From: Raillietiella orientalis | Lineage: Eukaryota | Length of the DNA: 64,000 nt | Assembly (NCBI GenBank): GCA_036172245.1 | Contig: JAYWIR010000001.1 | Span: forward strand, 6,386,001 to 6,450,000 | Reading direction: 5' to 3' | In this document: piece after piece, positions 48,961 through 61,039 of the stretch | Position numbering within the stretch: the stretch's first letter is position 1 | Layout of the letters: each line of letters starts with the position of its first letter | Translations under genes and position numbers: made by a program | The notes under the pieces: generated by a model | Databases searched by the model: none | What the model was told of the DNA's origin: nothing | The model's input: the letters and a program-made list of their open reading frames with translations, nothing else

Positions 48961-51900
48961 AGAATTTAAGTAATTGCAAATCTGTAAGTTGGTGACTATT
49001 ATGCCATCTATGGCCAATATTCTTGCAATGTATGTTAACTGGGTGATAACTTTAGTTTTTCCAAATCTAGCTATAAACAGGACCCATTATGAATGATCAT
49101 TTCATGCTTGTATACATCAATCATAAAACATTTTGCTGAAAAATGTTCTAAGCCAAGAGCTTCACAGTGCAACTACATGAAGGTGTACACATGCAACCCA
49201 CATACACAAAACATTGCATTCTTCAAATGCTTAAGTTAGCAATACTGTGACTTTTTAAAAAGCTACGATGCCAAATGCAACTAGTATCAATTTTTAATTG
49301 TCGCTGGCGTAGGCAGAATCTTAATTTCTCTCGGATTGCAATTTCACAAACTTACTTCGTTTTTCTTTGAAAAACTTTTTACATCCACATAAAAACAACT
49401 TCTGTGTTGCTACCAAATTATGTTGGAATGTACCCGAATCTAAATCTCCCCATTCTGAGGATCATTACAGTATACCTTGAGGATGGCGAAAGTGTTCGCT
49501 GCGGGCAGGAAGTTGGGAAACGAACGATGAGCTGGTCATGAGTAATTGCGTGGCCGTCGGTCAAACGCATACGTTTTCATAAATTGGGAGGAACGTCCAT
49601 TTCCGCGCATTTCCATTTTACAGATTTCTCGAATGCATGCAAGTTCGTTACTTAAGCCGTTTTCAAACGTGAAGCTGACAAACTACCCCTGCAATTTTTC
49701 TAAGGCAGCATATGTTCGTCACGCCTCCAGATAACCTTTCACGTCAAATTTTCCCGGATCGAATGTTGGTGTACAAACAGCGAAGCCATCATAATCATAC
49801 CAAAGCACGAAAAACAACTACGAAAAACGAAGGTGTCAAGCGTGCACCGTTTCGACACTGACGTGTCGAACCGGCCACGTCACACACCGCAGGGATGTTC
49901 TGGTGTGTTCCTTTCCAAACATCCCAAAGCTGGAAACAGTGGGGGAAAAAAAAACGTCACACTTTCCTCACTTTCCTATGCACGAGGATGGAAACACGCA
50001 AAAAAGAAGAAATGGTAGGAAAAAAAAAAAAAGGGTTGCAAAAATAACATAGGCTTAAGAGCTTAGGATAGATAGATAGACACCAAATATGAATACATGA
50101 TTACATATAATGTCATGTGGAAATGAAATTGTAAATTCTGAGCACGCGAGCACGAAAGATAATTCATGTTGTGATCACGTGTTCGGACCGCCTTGCAATT
50201 TGTATCTGTTTGCTGGGAACACGAGGCTTCTTTGCTCTCCTATTTCCAGCTTTAAATGCTTATAATCATTTCGTATTCAGGTTTTGATCGCAATTCCGAT
50301 AGTGAATAAATAATGAATGAAAGAAAGTGAATAACGAACATTCCTAGCCCTAATATTAGATTACTTGAAATCTGGATCTTCGGTTACAATGTCTTATCCG
50401 ACCTCTAATTTTGATGGTTTGAAGAACGCTGTTATCTAATGATGTGTTTAACGAAAATCTCATCTTCAAATTGATTTCTGAATGGCACATCGTTATGCGA
50501 GCGATAGGGAAATCGCATACCTTTATTTCATATATGCATATATACCTACCAGTATTCTTCATTTTCTTGTTCGGTTCAGTGAAATTTGAAAGGTAAAAAA
50601 ATTTTAGTCCAGGACTTTCATCCTAAGGACATGGATCACCAGCCATGCTTTGACCCGGAGACAAAGTGGAATATAGATTGAAAGGTTGGAATCGTCTTGT
50701 TCTCAAAATGTAATGGGGGAGGCAATGCAAATCCATCTGCTACTATGAAATAAGTCAGAAGGATAGTACAAAGGTACTGTGGACATACGAATAACTTTTG
50801 AATCGATGGCAGTATGAAAGGAAGTAGCAAAAAATGCATAAATCACCTTAATTTAGCAAATTATTTCTTCTTGAACGTCACCTGACTTTATGCAACACGT
50901 GGAGACAACGAATCCTTCTGAAAATCTGGTGAAAAATGGGAATTTTGATTTTGGTTTAGGTTTTTGCGATGGAATCGAGAAATTTGGAAGCTTAGTTTCT
51001 TGAGTTGATCGATCATAAACGAGGAGAACCAGGAAACTATCAAGAATTCTAGTCAACGACGTACAGTTCATAAAACAAAAGATATGAAACATCCGGAACT
51101 GTGGACAAGTGCCGGCCTGGACGTGCCGATACATCCTGAAAAGGATTGAAGATACTGTCCAGGCTCACCCAGCGCCCAGTCCACCCTAGTGCAGAACCTC
51201 AGTGCAATGAAGTGAGCATCACAGTGGAAAATAGTCAATCTGTTCCAGTTCTTGAATGAATGCGTTTTGTAGCGTCAATAAATGAATTCACCCCCCTCCC
51301 CCCCTCCGGGGATCGGGAAATTCAGAAGATATGAAACAGATTTTGAAAATGATTATATTTCCACTATCTTGAATTTTGCACCACTTGGACTACAGTTTCC
51401 CATGTGTAGGTTTTGCTTGGTTAGTCAACTCCATATTGGTTTCATTCCAGTTATTTAACTCACTTTCCTTTTTTCTTCTTTTTTTCAAGGAATATGGACT
51501 AAATTTAGACTAACTTTCACAGCTGGAAATCGTTGAATATTAAAATTTTTGCAAGTTGCCTGACAGTGACTGCATGGACTTGAAGAGCAAGCGACACAAC
51601 TGGTCAGTGGAAACTCGTTATACCCTGACTAGTTATGTACACAAAGAGTCCCTTGAGCAGAGAAACGAAATGTGATCGAGATTCAGACATATTTGCAGAC
51701 AGGGTCAAGGGAATGGAACCTCTATTTGCCAGTTCCCACAGCCATTATCATCGGAGGAACCACTACAAGATTTTTTCTTTCATTCTCCAGTCGGTGTGTG
51801 AATCGTGGTCTTTTTTGCTTTGTGAAAGCGATATGAAGAAAGTCAATTCGATAACGCATGCAGTATCGTAGCTGCTTTTTAGAAATATATATGTGCTAAG

Positions 51901-52639
51901 GAATCATCGATATAGAAAGTGGATGGGAATGTGGATCACAGGAAACAAGTTTGCAGTCTCCGAAAAGTCGCAGTGAGATGAAGTGTGATTAGTTTCTGCT
52001 TTGAGAACGTTATCAAAACAAGGATTCATTGGATTTTTTGTTCACATTGCATTGAGCACTTTGTCAGTAAGAGAACTTTCTGAAACAGAAAATTCCGCTC
52101 CATATATTCAGCAGCAGCAACAACAACGACAAATGCCGATTCGTCGGTCGCTGAGAACATTGAGCTAAGGTACTCAATTTTTAGAAACATTTGTGGAATC
52201 AGCATGCAATAATTAGCAATATTTATATGAAACCTTCGAATGAGCACCTCTTAAGCGTAGATAATGTGGACGAGTGTAACTTTAAGGGTGCCTCGAAATG
52301 ATTCGACATCTCTATAGGAACCGACAGATGGAAAGCTTCCTCATTCCTGGCCATCACCATTCCTTGTTTTAAAGATTCGAAGGGAATAACTCTATTGAAA
52401 GCCACAGATTGTTACCTCCATCGGAACAGATGCTGCTACAACGTTTCAGTAGGGACTTCATTCATAATGCAATATCCGGATGATGCTTCGGTTAGTTCTG
52501 AGTTTTCTCTCTTGAGAAAAAAAAAAAAAAAAAAACCTGGTTCCATATGTACATGGCCAAGAGCTCCAAGAAGTGGAGGATACAGAGATGAGGACATATC
52601 TGAAAACCACACATGAAGAATAAATTATTCAGAGATTCT

Positions 52640-54300
52640 CTTGGAAACTCACTTCCTGTTTCAAGCTGATACTTTCATCTAGAATTTTCCCAAGCCGGTA
52701 CCCTTCCAGCGCACGCGCTGAAAGTGAAACGTTCTGCGAGTGCTGCTTTTCCATTTTAGAAGGAAGCGCTTAGCCTCAAGCCGAGGGTGATTGCGAGCGG
52801 ATCGATCTCTGCAAACCTCGTGGATCGGTCGGGCGTGTGGGAACACCTTGCTGGCGTCCAGGAGTTGCACTCACCAATGGAAGGAACCAAATGAAGACCT
52901 TTGCTCTCTCCAGATGGGGCGCTGGAGGACATCCCGACTAACGCCGACTGGGGCAGTGACGTTTCTTACGGGTCCACGCCAAGGCCGGCGGAATATTGTC
53001 TCCTCGTTGGAATTGCCACAAAGGGCGGGATAACGGCTACCGAAGCTCTGCGGAGGAGAACTCCCCTCTCCTCCCCACTGGAGGTCAGCAGGGGGAAACG
53101 TTCGGTCTCCACAAGGTGGAGTCGCACAATCCTCCCCACTGGAAGACAGCCGCAGGAGATGCCCTCTGGGTGCGTCGGACGTTCCTGGTCAGTGGACCCA
53201 GAGCCGGAGACGAGATCTTGCGGGTCGCCCACTTGTTGTGATCCTTCCTGCTTCACCCGCGCTCTCCCACAAGATCCACAACTCAAGGGGGCGTGGCAGA
53301 TACTGGACAGATGGAAAGGGGCGAGGTTGTCGCAGCCGTGAGCAGGTGGCTGGTGCTTTCCGATGGACGCTCTCGGCCCTTGCGCCCGCGGCAGCGACTC
53401 CCGAAGGAACGCTCTGGGAGGACGCGAGGCCGGGGGGAGGCGACTCCTCGCCTCCGGTCGGGTCACGTGCCACCCATCTTTCTCCTGCTGACGGTGCCAT
53501 CCTCGGCGTCACGTGAGCTCCAACAACACCTGGCTCTGCTTCTCTCCGGTAGACCCTCTTCGGCGGACCCAGTCAAGGTTAGCCAGGGGATTAAACTCCT
53601 GCCTTCTCTTTCCCGTACCGGGCTGGGTGCGGCTTGCAGGGCTGGGTGCACGGCGCGCCTGCGATTACCCGGGAGGCGGACTCCTTCTCGGACCTCTGCG
53701 GTGGTGCTCGCAAAGCGAACGCCTTGGAGATGGGATGTAAAAGCCTTAGAGGCTTCCAAAGCTGGGGGAGGGGCAAAGGAGCCAGCAAGTGTCTTCTCCT
53801 GGGTGTGGACCGTAAGTTCCCGAAGCGACTACCACTAATTCCGCCTCTCCTCTCCCGGTCCCGTCCTCTCCTTTGGATCCTGGAAGGTGGGAGAGACCCT
53901 ACTCTCCATATCTTCAGCGTTCTTGCCTCTCGATAGACGCCGGCAGCCTCCTGGCACGACTAGACTAACCGCACCCCTTCCCTTCTGCCCCAGGGCGGCT
54001 CGTGGCCGGAGGAGGTCACTCTTCTTCCTTTCGGTCGGCCAGCTCTCTCCCTGAGCTCTGATTCCCTGGACTAGATCTGCTTCCTCCCCCGCGCCTAGGA
54101 GCGTGGAACGCCATGGGAACGGGAGCGCGCGCGCGCACGTGCCGCCCACCGACATTCGGAGGAAACTTCGGACTTGCATGCTGCGACCCGATGAGGGAGC
54201 AAGGAGGAGGAGCGCAGACCATCCTGATGGTCAGCTGACACTCTTTGGGACTCGGCGCCAGCGCGACGCCGAAAGAGTGCTTGAGAGGTGGAAAGTGGAG
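52640..54300 (-). mobile_element. Decayed GC-rich L1/Tx1 RT plus zf-RVT remnant
   Basis: VQGIRAQG, EGVRLPG, IPWLTLTGSAEEGL and CGCLPVGR..RFPLL..EE occur in ORF2 order. Confidence 0.5.
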
Positions 54301-56016
54301 CGAGCCCCAGATTCTACTTCTTCTTGCAGCCGACCCCTCTCCAAGTTTCGGCAGTCGACCTGCAAGGGAGAGGAGCGACGGGCGAGAGGACAGATGCGAA
54401 GGGTCCCCATGCCGATCCAGGTTCCTTGGATGCGCTGCCTCTGGAGGCGACTCTAGAACCAGCTAACTCTCCTGTTTCCCTCCCTTCCCCTCTCCTTTTC
54501 CCTGAGACACAGCTGGTCACCAGAGGAGCAAGGAAGCCACGTCGAAGATTGACAGACTCGTCCTCTGCCAAACATCAGGGCAAAAGCTTGCGTGCATTTT
54601 TGGCTTGCGGGGGTGGTCATAAAACCCCTATCCGTCAGACAGTGAGCGGAAGCGTTCGGAGGTGCCACCACGGCAGCGACGGCGCCCGATAGAACCTCTA
54701 TCGCAGATGGCACCCCGGTCGGGGTGACGGGATTTTACGCTCGCGATTCGGGAAAGCAATGCTATGTCAAGAACTCTCTTCCTCTTTTAGTGCTGGAAGA
54801 GGGGCCCTTGATGCACGGTAAGCTGAGGGCGTGCATGTATCACAGACTCTGATACGCCAATAACTGATCGATGAAAGAATCCTAGACAGAGAAGAAAGTT
54901 CCAGAGAGAAAACTTTTGTGGGCATTCAAGTGGAAAGACGTCAGTCGGTGCATTCTGTGATGCCGAAAATCCTGTCAAACTTCCGATAATGCCTCAAACG
55001 TCAACTAGACTACTTGTCTCCGGATTTTAACTGCGCTGAGGATGGCCGCATTCACGAGCCACACTTTCGACTTGGTGCAAAGGAAGTCCGGGATCGATGC
55101 GAGCGAACTCATGACTCGAAAATCGAAATTCTTGTGAGATCATGTGAATGAAACTTTCAAAAACAATGATGATGAAAGCGATCATTGATCTGGAAAAGAG
55201 AAGGACGAAACACTTTGTGCGGGGAGAAAATGGTCAATTTCATTATCGAAAGTACGGAAAGAACTTTTGGACTGACAGGAACAAGTGGAACACAGCTTGG
55301 ACTTTTCCAAACAACCAAACGTTGGCGAAGCTTCTGAAGAAATCTCACATCTACAGTACTATGAGAATTTTATCTGAAAATTTGGATTAGTTGATTTGGG
55401 TGTAGTCGGTAAAAATTTCCATGGATTTATGTTTTGATGTTCATTTGAATTGAGAGAAAGGAATTAAGATGAAGAGTGAATCTGGAGACTGCAAACAACT
55501 TTCTTTGTAATTATGTTACATGAACAGAATTCTTTCCTTATGAAAATTGTTTTATGTTGGTATCCCTTGATAGCGGGAAATTTTGTCTAGATGTGATGTT
55601 CTTGTTTAACCGTGCGGCTCGTAATGCTCTCTTTCTTCATGGTAAATCATTTCTAACCTTGTTTGCGAAGGCTGAATGAAACTTTAAAACCAGCAAAGTG
55701 TTGCTCATGATTTTTGGATGTAGAGCATTCAAGTTACTTGGATAGTCAGGTTTTGTTTTGGAATTTGTTTTCTTATTTAAATTAACTCGTTTTGGTGTTA
55801 TTCTTTCGTTCAGGCTGCCCAGGATAAATATTATAGTATTGTTGTTTGCGTAATATTTCCATTTGGTTGATGTTTTGCTTTAATTCTTGAAAGAGTGCAT
55901 TCTGTCATTATGGCTGTTAGCCCATGTAAGCCTTCGATATCAAATCGATGTTGATGAAAGAGATGTAGTTATTTATTATTATCGCCGTGGCTTCCCTGGT
56001 AGGCTTTCTCACGTCA

Positions 56017-56784
56017 ATGGAAACCACGGATCTGTGCGAGTTTCTGTGTGGATGCACAGACCTGGTTGATCTCAATGTACTGGAAATTTACAACAAACAG
56101 AAAGGTATTGTAAAGCTTTTGGGGTACAGTTCTTTCATGTTGTAATAGATGCGTTTGAAATTGAAGCCGATTTGACTCAGAAAACAAGAATAACAATTGA
56201 AGAATTAGATACAAAAATATCTGAAGTTAAGAAAGCTTGTAGTATGCTCAAAGACCAGATTTCCCAAACAGTAGTGATTACAAAACAAGTAGTAGATCGA
56301 AATCTTGAAGTGTCAAATGAACTGCATAACCTTCAAGAGGAAGTATTAATGCAAGAGGAGGGTAATCATTATACATAAGATTTCATAAACACTTATGCTT
56401 AGAAAATGACAGGCAACGAAAACAGCTTGAAGACTTTCAGAGATCCATTTCCCATGTTATGGAACTCTATGAAAAGGTTTCAGGAATGAAAATTCACGTC
56501 GTTGCAAGAAATAAATTGAAGATTATGTTTAATCAAGTGGATCCACATCATCCTGAAAGAATTTTTGGTGCTGAACTCCATCTAGTAGATGAAAAGAAAG
56601 AACTTTTTCAAGGTGAGATCAAGTTTTTCAGGGTGCTAGCCACAATAAATCACAGAAATATTCCCACATAGTGTATAGTCTGGACCCTTGTGATGTGAAC
56701 CCCCGTAAGTTTCCATCGCAACCTCTGCGCAATCTCATTTGGATGCTTTATACACATTTCCAGGAGAAATTTAACAGAGTTTAG
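56017..56784 (+). CDS. SPC25: Kinetochore Ndc80-complex subunit Spc25-like, 4 exons, about 207 aa
   Basis: Exons 56017-56104, 56149-56361, 56403-56612, 56672-56784 (GT-AG, in phase). An N-terminal coiled coil is followed by YEKVSGMKIHVVARNKLKIMFNQVDPHHPERIFGAELHL, matching the Spc25 RWD pattern (LGLxI..L.F.F..ID..P). AATAAA lies about 25 nt after the stop. Confidence 0.8.
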
Positions 56785-57823
56785 GATCAGGTTGGAGGTT
56801 TACACTGTAATAAAGTCGATTCCAAGAAGTCTGGAGCAAAAAGTTATTAATAGTTTATATGTACTAGATTACTAATGTTTTTTTCTTTGAAACCTGAGAC
56901 AAAACATTGAGTATGCCTGTAGAAGACAAAGTGTCATCAGAACTTGTTATAGTCAGTTTAATCATTCTTGGTTGTATGATGGAAATTGATTTACTTATGG
57001 GTAATTTGCGAATTTGGCTGTTTTTTTTTTTTTTCTCTCTGGATATACTGTGTTTTCTCATGCTACATGTTCCCAGTTCCTATGCTAAAATTCCATTGTC
57101 AGCCTGCCAATTTGCGAACTTAAAGCTTGTTGGCTGAAGATATGGCTTGCAGGAACCAGTACAATAAAATATTGGTGGCACTCAATTCATTTGCGTCCTT
57201 TCAAATTATTGCATCACTGCTTAGTGCTTGTATGGAAGCCCTGTACCTAAAATAACTCTTGTAGTAATGCAATACTGATGTCTGTCCATCAGTACAACTT
57301 CAGAAGCGTGTGAGAAGACGACAGATGCATTTCTGAATTTGCAAAACGCAGGCCTAATTCATCTCCTCAGCAAATGCCAGCGAGGAACTTTGACAGGCTG
57401 GCCCGGTTATTCGAAATAAAGTAACCGAGTCGCCCGAATCAACTTCACTTCGAAGTTCACGCAAAACCTCGGGATAAATGTCATGCGTGTCGCAGCTTCG
57501 GAGCAAAAAAAAAAAAAACTATCAAAAGAGGGAGTAAGTCGTGTGCCGAGAGGTGAAAAATCGCGAAGACCAAGCTGTAAAAGAGCGAAGTGTGTATTTC
57601 TGAAGCGCAGTTCCATTGCCGGTCAGTCACTGTCGACGGTGTCGCTTCGGCACATCAAAACCAGAAGCTTCGAAAACGGTCATCGCCCAGGTTCTTTGTC
57701 CGTCTTCTTTCATTTCTCTGCCAAATGATGGAAAATTCGCATTCGTGCTGTTCCATTTGTCATTTTCCGCACAATTCCATATGGTTTCCCTCCGGTGGCG
57801 GTGAAAGTGGCTTGCGACCCGTA

Positions 57824-60800
57824 TCAGCATCCTCTCTCGTCTTGCCTTTGATCGGAATCTGGGCCACCGCACGGTATGCAGGCGTGAATCTCCACGATGG
57901 TATTCAGTAGTTTCTCTGTGATTCGAAATAAGGCAGGATTCAGTAGCCACTGAGGCACGTAGATGGTTGAAGGACAAAAAATTAGTGCGAAGTCACAGAT
58001 CCGTAAGACGTCTCGGATTTTCCGTATGGTCTTTTTGCAGCTGTTGACGCGCATCCTCAGCTGCTCGTGAGATATCGATAGATGGACCGTTTGCCTCGCA
58101 TTGGAAGGAGAAAGGTCCTCCAAAGGCGAAAATGACGTGAGTTCGTCATTTCCGGTCACGTCCCTGTGAGTAGTTCTATAATGGCTGCACTGTTTTGTGA
58201 TCCTATAAAGGGGCTCAGGCTGGCTCCCATTCGGGTGCTGCAGGTCTTCAAGAAACTGCAAGAGAACATATCGGTTATTCTACGTTTATCCAATTTGTCG
58301 AGCTCGTTTTGCTGGAGGTCCCTGGTTTTGTTTTCTGTTTCGAAAAGCGAAATTTCCCATCCTTTACAAAGTTTCTTTGGCAATTAGTTTTACGTTCAAG
58401 AAAATGATACAAACCGTGACTTCCTTTGGAAGAGACATCCTCGTTCGTAAATCATAGAAACGCTTCATAGACTCAGCAGTGTCCAGGAATCTCTGGAGAT
58501 TCCTCCTGGTGACACAGTTGTGTTGTTTCTGCACCGAATCGACGTAGACAGAGTGAATGAAATGCTGGACATCGAATCCTCTCCTGAGTATTTATGGAAT
58601 ACATGACTTACTAATGGCGAAATTTGTTTCACAGCATTAGTTCATAAATCAATTACACCTATCCATTGTTTGACAAGCCTATGATGATATCAAGAAGTGG
58701 TGACCTTAACAACTCATTGATTTCTCTGCTTTTCACGGTGGCTGATAAATCATGTTCTTGCACTACATTGGAGTTCAGCGTATAAAACGGCCAGTGGGAG
58801 AAAACCCACAACAGGTTTTCGAATAAACCGACACCAAAGACGGACACCAAAACTTGCAGCATACTTTTTTCTGTCTACGAAAATTTTTTTATGGTTACGC
58901 TACAATATCTACCATAGTCGTTTTGTTTGGGGATACGTTCCACACAAGAGCGAAGACATCAATCCTCGGCAGACTTTCTATGTTTTCAATTAACTGAGAG
59001 AGAACAGCTTCCCCCATGTGGTAATTCTGAATCCCCGGACAGTCGGCAATTCTGACCTGTTGAAAACTGCGTTAGAAACACATCTAAATTCACCTTCTTC
59101 CAAATAGGGCACACTGTCATTTTCGGTGCGTTCAGCCCGATCTCCAAAGAATCGGCATTTCCTCTTCAAAGAAAGTGCCATCGACTAACATTAACAAAAA
59201 CCGTTTCTGAAAAAAGCATGCAAGATGTCGAAAACACCCGGCCGTCTGAAAGTAAAAGTAAAGCAAATTCGCAGTTTCCGTTGTTTAAATCATTAGGATG
59301 AGGGGGATTGTGAATCTGCTGCTGTTTCCGGGTATTCTCAACACATATTTCGGGAAGGGATGCTCGGATAAAAGGCGATTTTTTATCATGGCACTCAGAC
59401 GCCATAATTAGATATTTGGATCAGAGATGAATTTCGTGAACGCCGTCTCTAAAGTAACAGTGCATTTCAGATCACATGAGCGACATATGGTGAGATCTGT
59501 GAAATTTACTGAGCAGAATGTTTTCCACAAAAACCAACACGGGTGTCTGGAACACGGCGTTACTAAGTTTTCCGTATCGATCGCTTCCCATTGATGAGTG
59601 CTCTGCTATGAACACTTTTTCCATTTACTTAACGGCATCGTAAATGCTGCACTCAGAATCCGGAGATTTTCATTCCTCACTGAGACTTGTTTGAAGGACT
59701 CGGATTGCCTCCATTTTTGCATCGCCTCTCTCATTAGGGCATATTTCTTGCAAGACAGCAATCCCCCCCCATCCCCCCCCCCAAGAGGTTGATGATCAGA
59801 AAATTATCTTCAATTCACTTCCAGCAGTCTTGCACGTCGCTGGAAAAATGAATAATCGTACTTCCATGAGAGGAAGCCTCGTCTGTGGCCAGAAGCATGT
59901 TGTGCTCATTTGCATTTCTTTGCCTCGTCAGTGAGGATGAATTCCGCCCGCATCCTCACTGATGTCTTCGGATTCCGTGATAAACCCATCCATCGCAACG
60001 TCACTTCGAAACCGTACACCACGAGAGCAACGTTTCATTGGTTGGGTGCATTGATGAAAACCTCACGACTCTTGAAATCCATACTCACGTCGAATCAATG
60101 TGTGTATCAGAGCCATCCTCTTTCTGTTTTCTTGTTCCGCTGCTTCACTCTTCCGATCAGATGCTCCTTGTTTTCTTCTCCAACTACGAATTCCACATTG
60201 ATCAAGATGACTTTCGAGTTATCTGATGGCGATGCAAAGAGTCAAATCGTAAAAATCAGAACATGCTGATTTTCACCTTGGGGTCACGATCCACTTTCTT
60301 ACTCTCTTTGAACAATGATAAATGGGGCTTCATAGTTGCTGCTTCATCCACATTGCTTCACCTTAAATGCGAAAACAATTCGAAAAAGTCGCTCGCCCTT
60401 TTTTTTCTTTTTTTTTTTTAATTAACCTCGGCTGTTTCTATTTCATTATTTCAGCTCGCAAATTCCATCCAACATTGCGAGGAAAGCTTTTTACACATCT
60501 ATTCAATCAATTTGGACTTTCGAAATCTGCTGCATGTTGGTTCTGGTGAAGTAGAAGCACATCAGAGAGATCGTCCTAGATTATTACAGGCCGGAACGTG
60601 TAAGCCTGCAGACGTGGATTTTCAATCAAAGTTGTTGGCGCATTTACAGCATCGTCTGATTCGAGGATTATAGGTGCCAGTGACCGTCATGTCGGGTGTG
60701 GTTGTGAAGCTGAGTGGAGTGAACAAGGTGGAAAAATTTTTTCACCTGTCTGCCGTCTCCCAACCATCTTCCTTCTTTAACGGTTACCACGGAGCTCTCG

Positions 60801-60904
60801 TTTGATGAAGAGGAAGCCGTCGGGAAAGCCTCACCACCTAGCATCGCGTTCCCGAGGGAGCTCTTCCCAGAACCTGTTTCCCCCAGCAATACTATGGTGA
60901 ACAT
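57824..60904 (-). CDS. AIG1/GIMAP-like P-loop GTPase (upstream exon(s) possible)
   Basis: Exons 60904-60746 (IVLLGETGSGKSSLGN..GRWLGDGRQ), 59056-58913 (VRIADCPG..IDVFALVWN), 58874-58705 (VFGVGLFENLLWVFSHW), 58583-58415 (SVYVDS..LQRFLDTAESM) and a probable last exon 58255-57824; phases are consistent. An acceptor site precedes 60905. The choice of last exon is uncertain. Confidence 0.78.
59780..60290 (-). mobile_element. Possible zf-RVT remnant in the AIG1-like gene intron
   Basis: GWVYHG..STIIHFSSDVQDCWK, weak. Confidence 0.3.
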
Positions 60905-61039
60905 CCTGGAAGAATAAAAAGAGTTTCCCCGTTTCTAAATCTTTAAAGCAAGAAAGACTTCTCGATGCGATTTGAGCCGTGAGCCACCCTACGGCGGCTG
61001 GTTTCTGCCATGATCAGTTATTACGTCATCGCCTTCTCA

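Noticed and set aside
50600-52500. Possible further retroelement or gene fragments
   Set aside because: Only vague motif resemblance; not supportable without a search.
28196-56784. SMC1-like and SPC25 as a chromosome-segregation gene cluster
   Set aside because: Only two genes, about 16 kb apart and separated by MCCC2; chance adjacency is sufficient without synteny data.
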